NCBI GenBank assembly: GCA_038045385.1
Contig: JBBSYE010000001.1
Span: forward strand, 42,165 to 106,164
Length of the DNA stretch: 64,000 nucleotides
From: Nanobdellota archaeon
GTDB taxonomy: Archaea; Nanobdellota; Nanobdellia; Pacearchaeales; GW2011-AR1
Direction: 5' to 3'
Both the position numbers and the translations under genes were made by a program. Positions 52,011-59,963 of this stretch are shown in pieces (within the stretch, counting starts at the first letter, position 1; every line of letters starts with the position of its first letter). The notes below the pieces were generated by a model that had not been told where the DNA came from, did not search any database, and saw nothing but the letters and a program-made list of their open reading frames with translations.

Positions 52011-52268
52011 TCAGCGATGCTTGCATCCAGCCCAACAGCAAGGTCTGCGCTTTCCATTGATAAGATCTTCACATACTCTCTGTATATGATACTCCCTTGT
52101 TTCCGGCTTTTTAACAGAGGTAACCCAGCAAATCCACTCATTATGCGCAAGTGGCGTAAGACTTTTCCAGGCTTCCATAACCTTCGCGTTAGAGCCCATA
52201 GCTTTTCGTAAATCTGCAGGCATTTTATGCATCGCTTCTTTAGATTTTTTCATAGTAATTAGTAGCAA
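52011..52268 (-). CDS. OmdA/YdeI C-terminal domain protein
   Basis: MPADL..A, LTPLA.NEWICWV...K..TR, RPCCWAGC. Confidence 0.8.
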   Translation of the reverse strand: MLLITMKKSKEAMHKMPADLRKAMGSNAKVMEAWKSLTPLAHNEWICWVTSVKKPETREYHIQRVCEDLINGKRRPCCWAGCKHR

Positions 52269-52382
52269 AGGTTTTATTTAAAGAATACGCCGGGATATAT
52301 ACATGGTGAAAAAAGTGTACGCTTTATAAAGAGGGATTTTCTCGCTTTGTTAGGTTGTAGAATTTGATAACTTTTCTTCTAT

Positions 52383-53909
52383 TTACATATAAAACATATA
52401 ATGCGTTTGAAGTGGAACGTTCCTATCTGCTTCGGATAAAATCTCTCCTACTTTCTTTGAAAATGCCAAAGTTATAGGCATTTCTGTACAAAACGCAGTA
52501 GTATTCCAATTTAATTTAGTTAAACCTAATATCTCTTCACAAATCTCTTTTATTTCTGAATCTCCATCATGATTAATTAAAACTGGTTGAGGAATACTAT
52601 TTCCTGGATAAGTTCTTAATCTTGGGATATACCCTATAGTGTACAATAGATGCTCTCCTTTATCCAGATTGATAAGCGTACCTCTTAACACAGGGTAGGA
52701 TCCTTTTCTCATAAATCTAATCCCCTTCCTTTTAGACAATGTAACGTAATCTCTTTTTGCAGTACCTATCGCTTTAGAGAATCCATTTTTTTCAGCTTTG
52801 GTAAATAAAGTAGATTTATGGACAACAACTCTCACTGGATCTCTTCCGGCCCTATTCTTATATCTTTCAATGGATTGAACTAATAACTCCTCCGCCTGTT
52901 TCTCAGATAAATGGGGTTCTTTGGTTTCTTCATCGACATAAACTTCAGTTCCTCTTAAAACCAACCCTTGTCCATCATGTGTAAAAACTTGAGCCATGGA
53001 AGTCTGAATATCCTGATTTGATGTTAATTTATCTCTATAAAAAGAAATTCCAACATAACAAGTATCGTCTCTAAGTTTTGCTAGCCTCCAAGGTTTTCCG
53101 TTTGCCTTGTAAAATAAAGCTGTAGAAAAATTCCAAGCAAAGGAAGATGGGTCCTGTTTTCTTTTACCAGCAGGATCATAATTTAGTATAACGTCTATAG
53201 TAGATTCTCTTAAGATTTGTATAGGCTTTGTTGGACTGATGCTCATCACTTTTCCTTTTAAAGCATTTCTAAAATCATAACCTTTTGGAATTTGCTGACT
53301 AGGAGATTTCATAGTTACACCCCACTCAGTTAGAAACATTTGGCTTTTCTTCTTTAGGTCATCTATCTTTTTCCCCAATTCAGACGTCTTGACTATTTTA
53401 GCTCCTCTCGTTCTAAGAGATATCCCGCAATATTCCTCTATCTCTTTCGGTAGACAGCAGATAATAACTTCCGGAGGATTATCATCCGCCATTATGTTTT
53501 TTATCTTAGACAGATATAATTCTACTGCTGAACCTATTCTTTCATTTACATCTATAATGTTTTTTATTTTTTCAATTTCATATTGTTGAACGGTCTCTTG
53601 CCAATTCTTAGCAATGTCAATAGAACAATTAAACTTTGTATCTTTAGACATGCCTGGATAAGGAGGATATAGCCACTTATTTGATTCTTTGTTTTCAATT
53701 GGTTTTTTTATCAGGTCAAGTATTTTTTTAACCTTCTCTATGGTGTTACTGTCTCCGATTATGCCTACAGAGACTTTGCTTAAAGAAACGCTTTCTGTTT
53801 CGTATCTATAGGGGCCATGGTATTTTAGTCCTAGTCGAGGGTCTTTTTCTTCCTTAAAGTCTCCAAAGACAAGATTACTCTCGTTTAGAAATTCTGAATC
53901 AAAAATCAT
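52383..53909 (-). CDS. short prokaryotic Argonaute (MID-PIWI), catalytically inactive
   Basis: DPRLGL..GP, ALFYKA.G.PW, CYVGISFY (no catalytic Asp), VVVHK, YP.LRGT, ILGLTKLNWN, PITL; likely start MIFDSEF overlaps the upstream stop. Confidence 0.92.
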   Translation of the reverse strand: MIFDSEFLNESNLVFGDFKEEKDPRLGLKYHGPYRYETESVSLSKVSVGIIGDSNTIEKVKKILDLIKKPIENKESNKWLYPPYPGMSKDTKFNCSIDIAKNWQETVQQYEIEKIKNIIDVNERIGSAVELYLSKIKNIMADDNPPEVIICCLPKEIEEYCGISLRTRGAKIVKTSELGKKIDDLKKKSQMFLTEWGVTMKSPSQQIPKGYDFRNALKGKVMSISPTKPIQILRESTIDVILNYDPAGKRKQDPSSFAWNFSTALFYKANGKPWRLAKLRDDTCYVGISFYRDKLTSNQDIQTSMAQVFTHDGQGLVLRGTEVYVDEETKEPHLSEKQAEELLVQSIERYKNRAGRDPVRVVVHKSTLFTKAEKNGFSKAIGTAKRDYVTLSKRKGIRFMRKGSYPVLRGTLINLDKGEHLLYTIGYIPRLRTYPGNSIPQPVLINHDGDSEIKEICEEILGLTKLNWNTTAFCTEMPITLAFSKKVGEILSEADRNVPLQTHYMFYM

Positions 53910-55353
53910 TTTCTTCCTCCATGTGTTCGATTTCTTCACTATCTTCAATTTCTAATCTAAACTCTGAAGATGGAATATCAAAAAGGATTCCTTTTGAAAC
54001 TTTAGTAGACGAAGGTTTCGAACTTATTTCTAAATAGTCTTGTACTTTGATATTTTCTCCCTCACCAAGTTGGTGTATCCAAAATAAAAGAGTATTAAGA
54101 TACATACTGTTGTATCTATTATAGGAAAGACGAGTTATTACTGCTCCCTCCTCCGGCCCAGAAACAACTCTTTTTCCATCATCAGTTATAACAAAAGTTG
54201 GGTTTATTTTAAGAAATAATCTCTTATTCAATATAATTGTACTCGCTTGAAAAGCCATATGACAATAAATATATCTTTTCAGTTGCTCAGCCCACATTCT
54301 ACTCGCCACTTGCCTATCTGATCGAACATATCTCCCAGCCCAACTTTCTTTTCTTTTTTCAGAATTAGATGGATAATAAAGTTTGTAGCCATCACGATGA
54401 TAATATAAACCTCTATTTATTGCTAAAAAAGTTATTTCTTTGTTAAGTAGTTCAATAATAATCTTTGATTTCTCTGGATCATCTAGCCAAGATTCAACTA
54501 GTTCTCTCGAAGCCGAGCTTGTAACTAATCCCGAATAAGGATTTTTACTATCTTGTAGATTCTCAAAAGTAACTATTTTTTTATTCCAACTTTTAAACTT
54601 TTTATAGAAGTCTGGTCTTATACTTCTCTCATACAAGTATTGTTTAATTGAGACATCATCTTCAAACTTACCCTCTCCTAGAAAAACGTATTTAGGTAAT
54701 TTTATAATCTCAAATAAATTACTAAAAATTTCTTCTTCTACATCATCAGGTTCTCCGCTCAAGACAGAAGTTTGATAATCAGTCTTTTCTATTCTCTTCT
54801 TAATTATTTCAATTTCGTAAGAAGTTGGATGTATGCTTTGAGTTCCCCTCCTATAAAATAATTCTCCTTTCTTGAATACTGATTTTGGTTTCCCATCTTT
54901 GTCATATTCACCATCTTTCTTTGGAACAAGCAGAGAACGAGAAGGCGGTATGTAAATATAAGCAAACCTCTTAGGAATGTTTCCTATCTCAATAATTTCT
55001 TCATGATAAAGTATCTCTAAAGGCTCATCAACATATGAATTGAATTTTTCTTGAAGAGTTGCTTGATCTACCTTATAATCTTCTCGGAGGCCTACAGGGA
55101 TAGGTTTTCGTTTTTCATCTTTCCAACCTATTAAAATCCAACCACCTCCATAATTACTGAAAGCTAGTATATCTTTTACTATCTCGGGAAAGTCAGATCC
55201 TTTTGAAACATCTATTACCAGCTTATAGTCAAGGTAAGGATTTTCAGATTTTTCTTTAAGATAATCTAATGCGTATTGCCCAAGTGGCGAAGACTCAACA
55301 TTGTCTATAACCACTTTCATTACAGGTTTTAAATTTACCTCTTGTTTTTCCAT
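53899..55353 (-). CDS. Schlafen/AlbA_2-domain - APAZ fusion, partner of short pAgo
   Basis: N-term SENPYLDYK..KDILAFSNYGGGWILIGWKD..YRRG (AlbA_2); C-term SNLFEI..LP, H.AF, L.INPTFVIT.DG, YN..YLN.LLFW (APAZ-like); 11-nt overlap with pAgo. Confidence 0.82.
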   Translation of the reverse strand: MEKQEVNLKPVMKVVIDNVESSPLGQYALDYLKEKSENPYLDYKLVIDVSKGSDFPEIVKDILAFSNYGGGWILIGWKDEKRKPIPVGLREDYKVDQATLQEKFNSYVDEPLEILYHEEIIEIGNIPKRFAYIYIPPSRSLLVPKKDGEYDKDGKPKSVFKKGELFYRRGTQSIHPTSYEIEIIKKRIEKTDYQTSVLSGEPDDVEEEIFSNLFEIIKLPKYVFLGEGKFEDDVSIKQYLYERSIRPDFYKKFKSWNKKIVTFENLQDSKNPYSGLVTSSASRELVESWLDDPEKSKIIIELLNKEITFLAINRGLYYHRDGYKLYYPSNSEKRKESWAGRYVRSDRQVASRMWAEQLKRYIYCHMAFQASTIILNKRLFLKINPTFVITDDGKRVVSGPEEGAVITRLSYNRYNSMYLNTLLFWIHQLGEGENIKVQDYLEISSKPSSTKVSKGILFDIPSSEFRLEIEDSEEIEHMEEENDF

Positions 55354-55402
55354 AGAAAGAGGATTAATTGGCTATGTATAAACTTTTCTAGCCTAGAGAA
55401 TA

Positions 55403-57304
55403 TTATTCAATTATATCTAGAAAATGAGATCTCTCGTTCTCTCTTCCCCAACCATTCTCATCGTAGTGTGTGATAACAAGAGAATTCTTTGCTCTGGAAA
55501 TAGCTACGTAAAATAATCTTAGTTCACTATCTCTCTTGTTGGTATCTAGCTCTTTAGTATAGAACGGTAAAGTTTTCTCATTACAGGAAATAAGAAAAAC
55601 GTGTTCCCATTCAAGTCCCTTCGCACTATGTATTGTACTGAGAATAACTTTGTCTTTTGTTTTGTCTTTTTTGTCTAGTTCAATCAGGCTATCCAAAAAA
55701 TCTTGTATCTGGTCCTTAGCTGGACCATATTCCTTAAAGAGTTCCTTTAAAACGTCAATGTTTTCTATTTTATCTTGTAATCTTCCAGGCTCCTCTCGAT
55801 ACTTATTTACAATTCTGGTCCTATAACCAAAGTCCTTTAGAAAAGATGAGATTGGATCTTCTTTAAAATTAATAATTAAGTCTTTTAATTTTTTAACTTG
55901 GTTTATTTTATCCTGGCTTAATTTAACTTCATCATAAAAGTCTAATGCCTCTATTAATGAACAGCCCCTTGTTAACGAGATATCTTCAAACTTTTTGACA
56001 GTTGTCTTACCTAAACCATCAAGTAAGGTAAAAATTCTTTCAAAATCAATAATAGAATGCGGATTGACCTTTAATTTTAGGAAAGCAGTAATGTCTTTTA
56101 TTTCCTCTCTTTCAAAGAAGTCTTTAGACTTAGCTAAATGACAAGGAATTTTATTCTTTTTCAACTCACGTTCAACGTCTTTTCCTATTCTATTGGTTCT
56201 AAACAAAACTGCTATTTGGTCTTTAGGAGTTTCCTTACTAATTAATTCTTTAATCTGATAGGCTATAAATTCAAGTTCTTCATCAAAATTAGAGAAAGAT
56301 TCAATTGCAACGTTCCCAGCATGGCTCTTAGTGCAGTTTAGTTGTTTGTCTATCTTAAACTTCATAGAGCCTATAACTTTATTGACAGAATCAATAATAT
56401 TCTTGCCAGAACGATAATTTTCTTTTAAGAAAATAGTCTTCTCGTTTTCGCTGAAATCAAAAACGAGTTGATTTGAAGATCCCCTCCATTCATAGATATT
56501 CTGACAATCGTCTCCAATAAGACATAGGTTGTTGTTCTTCAATAGATTAAGAATATTTTTTTGAACAACATTGAGATCCTGAGCTTCATCCACCATAATA
56601 GCCTTAAATCTTTTTGCATACTTTTCCCTTATTTCTTTATTCTTATCAAATAATTTATGAGTTAAGATAAGAATATCATCAAAGTCTATTAAATTTCTTT
56701 TTTTCAGTTCTTCCTCATATTTTTTATATACTTTGTTCACATATTTTCTTAAGTTTGGGTCTACTTTTATAATATCATCATCGAGAGCTTCTTCGACAAC
56801 ACCACCTTGAATATTGTCATCCAGGCTTGATTTTTCTGATAAGTTTTCAGCAAGAATACCTCGACTTTTGAATTTTCCAATCCAACTAACAAAATATTTC
56901 AGATTGTCTCCCTTGTAGTCTATATTCTCTCTAGTCATTATTTGTTTGACTATCTTCTTTTTATCAGCTTCATCATCGATTAAGGTAAATCCCTCGGCTA
57001 AGGAAGTAAATTTAACATTATCTCTTAGTATTCTAAGAAATAGTGAATGCATAGTCCCAATGTAAGGAGGTTCAGATCCCGTTCTTTCAACAATTTTCTT
57101 TACCATATCTTTAGCTGCCTTATTAGTGAATGTAGTCATCATTATTTCTCTCGGCTTGTATCCATGATTTTCAATCATATTTACATATCTCTCTACAATC
57201 GTTGTGGTTTTTCCGGTACCTGCACTTGCCATAATTAGGAGATTTCCGCTTACAAAATTAACTGCCTCTAATTGGTCTATATTGAGCTTTTTTACCTGAT
57301 TCAT
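55403..57304 (-). CDS. UvrD/PcrA-like SF1A DNA helicase
   Basis: ASAGTGKT, TFTNKAA, VDEAQD, GDDCQNIY.WRG, ENYRS, TIHSAKGLEW, RLFYVAISRA. Confidence 0.94.
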   Translation of the reverse strand: MNQVKKLNIDQLEAVNFVSGNLLIMASAGTGKTTTIVERYVNMIENHGYKPREIMMTTFTNKAAKDMVKKIVERTGSEPPYIGTMHSLFLRILRDNVKFTSLAEGFTLIDDEADKKKIVKQIMTRENIDYKGDNLKYFVSWIGKFKSRGILAENLSEKSSLDDNIQGGVVEEALDDDIIKVDPNLRKYVNKVYKKYEEELKKRNLIDFDDILILTHKLFDKNKEIREKYAKRFKAIMVDEAQDLNVVQKNILNLLKNNNLCLIGDDCQNIYEWRGSSNQLVFDFSENEKTIFLKENYRSGKNIIDSVNKVIGSMKFKIDKQLNCTKSHAGNVAIESFSNFDEELEFIAYQIKELISKETPKDQIAVLFRTNRIGKDVERELKKNKIPCHLAKSKDFFEREEIKDITAFLKLKVNPHSIIDFERIFTLLDGLGKTTVKKFEDISLTRGCSLIEALDFYDEVKLSQDKINQVKKLKDLIINFKEDPISSFLKDFGYRTRIVNKYREEPGRLQDKIENIDVLKELFKEYGPAKDQIQDFLDSLIELDKKDKTKDKVILSTIHSAKGLEWEHVFLISCNEKTLPFYTKELDTNKRDSELRLFYVAISRAKNSLVITHYDENGWGRENERSHFLDIIE

Positions 57305-57362
57305 ACTAGACTTTAGAGATTGTCTACTTTCTTAAGTTATTCTATCACTAATATTAAATCTC

Positions 57363-57638
57363 TTAATAATTGAACACAACTTGACTTTTTGAGAAAATAA
57401 CCCTGCTTCTTACCTTTACTTCTTTTCCGACTTTTGTCTTTGATATGAGGCCTAAATTTTCAAGCATCTTAACATAATCGGCCACTTTAGTGTAGGCTAG
57501 ATTCAGGTTAGACGCTAGCTCAGTAATACTGAGATCCTTATGTTGGGTGAGTTCAAGGACAGCGAATCGCATCATGTTTGACATGGCTTTTATTCTATCA
57601 TACACTTGAGGGTTCTTTAGGGTTGTTGAGGTTGTCAT
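57363..57638 (-). CDS. ArsR-like winged-helix transcription regulator
   Basis: R..VLELT...LSITELA..LNL....V..YVKMLENLGLI...K.G. Confidence 0.82.
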   Translation of the reverse strand: MTTSTTLKNPQVYDRIKAMSNMMRFAVLELTQHKDLSITELASNLNLAYTKVADYVKMLENLGLISKTKVGKEVKVRSRVIFSKSQVVFNY

Positions 57639-57696
57639 TACACCAAATTTAGGGTAATTTTATATATTAACATAGTTCACCAAAAATGGTGTAATG
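57636..57696. promoter_or_regulatory. divergent promoter: central TATA flanked by two operator-like palindromes
   Basis: CATTACACCA (57636-57645) / TGGTGTAATG (57687-57696) perfect inverted repeat around TTTTATATATTAA (57658-57670). Confidence 0.65.
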
Positions 57697-57703
57697 TTCT
57701 CAC

Positions 57704-59124
57704 ATGGAAACCTCTACCATCCTCTATCCTCAAATTTACGATTATGATAACCTTATTTTAGCCTGGCAAAACGCCAAAAGAGGAAAGACAAAGCGAAGAT
57801 ATGTAAAACGATTTCAAAGAGACCTTAGAGAAAACTTGATTAAATTACAGGAAGAGCTTACTCATCAGACCTATCAACCGTGTGAACTAAAAACATTCAC
57901 GTTAAGAGACCCTAAAACAAGGAAAATATCAAAATCAGCCTTTAGAGATAGAGTTGTTCATCATGCGCTTTGTAATATTATCGTTTATACCTTTCAGAAG
58001 GGATTCATCTATGACTCGCACGCAAATCAAATAGGGAAAGGAACGCTCAAAGCTTTAGAGCGATTTGATGTTTTCAAAAGAAAGGTATCTAAGAACAATA
58101 CAAGAGAGGCTTATGTGTTAAAAGCAGATATTAAGCACTATTTTGAAGAAATTGACCATCAAATCCTTATAGGAATATTACGGAAGAAGATTAAAGATGA
58201 AAAAATTATCTGGCTCATAGAAAGAATCTTGTCAGTTAACCATAGGATAAAGGGCATGCCTTTGGGAAATTTAACAAGTCAGTTCTTTGCGAACCTATAT
58301 CTTAACGAATTAGATGTTTTTGTCAAGCACAAATTAAAGGCTAAATACTACATAAGATATGTGGATGATTTTGTTATTTTGCATGAATCAAAGGAGCAAC
58401 TAGGTAAGTGGAAGCAAGAGATTAATACTTTTTTAGATGAACGTTTGAAAATAGAACTACATCCAAGCAAATCAAATGTTTTAAGACTGAATAGTGGTAT
58501 AAACTTCTTAGGTTTCAGAGTTTTTTCTATCATAAACTTATAAGAAAAAGCAATTTAAGGAATTTTGAACGGAAATTCAATAATCTCAAAATATTATTTG
58601 ATGAAGAACTAATCGGGAGAGAAAAAGTACTAGAAGCCTTAGAAGGATGGCTCGCTTATTGTTCTCACGCAAATACGTACAAGTACCGAAAGTATCTCAT
58701 TAGAAACTTCAATACATCGTTTTCTCATGGAAACAAGCTCTTAGTTCACAATAAAAAGAATTATGCCAATTACATTAAGAGAGTTAAAGAAAGTGAATTA
58801 CAATTTTCAGTTCAAAAGACATTATTTCATTATAAGAAAGGTCTCAGAATAAAAGAAATCTCGGTCAAAGAAGGAATAAAAGAAGCAACAGTCTGGGGAC
58901 ATTTGGCTAATTTAATAGAACATAAACAACTTTCAGTGTGGGAAATTCTTCCACATAATAAAATCCATGCAATTATAAGAAAAATATATCGTAGAAAAGA
59001 AAGATTGCGAGATATCAAAAAGAGATTGCATGATAAATCAATAACATACGATGAAATTGCATGCGTGATGGCTAATATTAAATCAAAAAAGAAGTGGAAG
59101 AATAAGAGTCCTGGAAACAAGTGA
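57704..59124 (+). CDS. DGR reverse transcriptase with C-terminal HTH_40-like domain; one-base frameshift at T6 58521-58526
   Basis: FRDRVVHHAL, KGT, LKADIKHYF, GMPLGNLTSQFFANLYL, YIRYVDDF, FLGFR; alternative frame open to 59124 with GWLAYCSHAN thumb. Confidence 0.9.
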
Positions 59125-59357
59125 GTTATTCCGAGCAAACGGCCATTGTCATTGTCAAGATTGTTCCTGCCGTTCGCATTCGACCTGTTCTCGAGCCTGT
59201 TGACAATCCACGCCCCAGAGCATAGCCCATTCACTTATTACTCTTATCACCACCATTTCACGCATTAGGTGTTATGGCTGTATTTTATGACAATAAATTG
59301 CCACAGTGAACGAGCGTATAACCCAGCTTCTCATAGTTTCCCACGGTTGCCAGGACT
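59107..59357 (-). ncRNA. putative DGR template RNA
   Basis: TATA at 59378-59384; terminal stem 59346-59357 / 59107-59118 (11/12 complementary); internal stem 59305-59315 / 59225-59235. Confidence 0.65.
59125..59215 (-). repeat. DGR template repeat (TR)
   Basis: 91-nt match to 60121-60211 with 16 mismatches, all at TR adenines; AAC/AAT-rich frame. Confidence 0.96.
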
Positions 59358-59411
59358 TAGAATTTTAATAATAGGTGTATAAAAGGTTTATTGCAATATA
59401 TTAACTATTAT

Positions 59412-59939
59412 TCAATTGATAAAATCTAAGCTTGAATAAGTGTTTTTATTATCGCTATCGCACATGAGTAGTACTTTAGACTTCTTTTCTCCTCTTTTAA
59501 TTAAACACATAGCTCTATGATTTCCTAAAATAACTTCAAACAACTCCCCATATTTTCTAACGATTATTGGAATCTGAAATAATATTTCATCTACAACAGG
59601 ATATAATAAAGAAATTCTTTGAATAGATTCTTGACTATTCATTTTACTGGAATCTTTCAATTTTGTTCCTCTTTCTAAACCTCCATGAAAATCATCTAAA
59701 CATAACGAGTCTAAAGAAACTTCAATTAGTTGACAATACTTCTCGTTTAATCTGTCGAACCACATAAAGTCTCCCGAATTTAGTTTACTTCTAATCTGCT
59801 CTTTTGTAAGTGGAGAAACTCTCTTTTTTATATCTTTAATTTTCTTCTCAATTGAAGAATTTGATTTATTAGTAACGTGTTCTTGTTCATACAGTTTATC
59901 TATATAGAATAGTTTTTGTAGAATCTGTTTCTTATCCAT
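59412..59939 (-). CDS. hypothetical protein with C-terminal ParB/Srx-like motif
   Basis: PIIVR....FEVILGNHRAMC....G....V. Confidence 0.6.
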   Translation of the reverse strand: MDKKQILQKLFYIDKLYEQEHVTNKSNSSIEKKIKDIKKRVSPLTKEQIRSKLNSGDFMWFDRLNEKYCQLIEVSLDSLCLDDFHGGLERGTKLKDSSKMNSQESIQRISLLYPVVDEILFQIPIIVRKYGELFEVILGNHRAMCLIKRGEKKSKVLLMCDSDNKNTYSSLDFIN

Positions 59940-59963
59940 TTATCAAACAGATAGAAGACTAAT

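Noticed and set aside
58903-59124. 73-aa stand-alone ORF (possible Avd)
   Set aside because: It is the tail of the frame open from ~58522, i.e. the RT C-terminus, and shows no Avd features.
57704-59124. group II intron or retron RT
   Set aside because: GNLTSQ and YVDD motifs plus an adenine-specific TR/VR pair identify a DGR; there is no YADD and no intron domain V is seen.
58830-59234. 134-aa minus-strand ORF resembling the VR peptide
   Set aside because: It is the TR read in frame running antisense into the RT extension; TRs normally retain an open frame, so this is not a second target gene.
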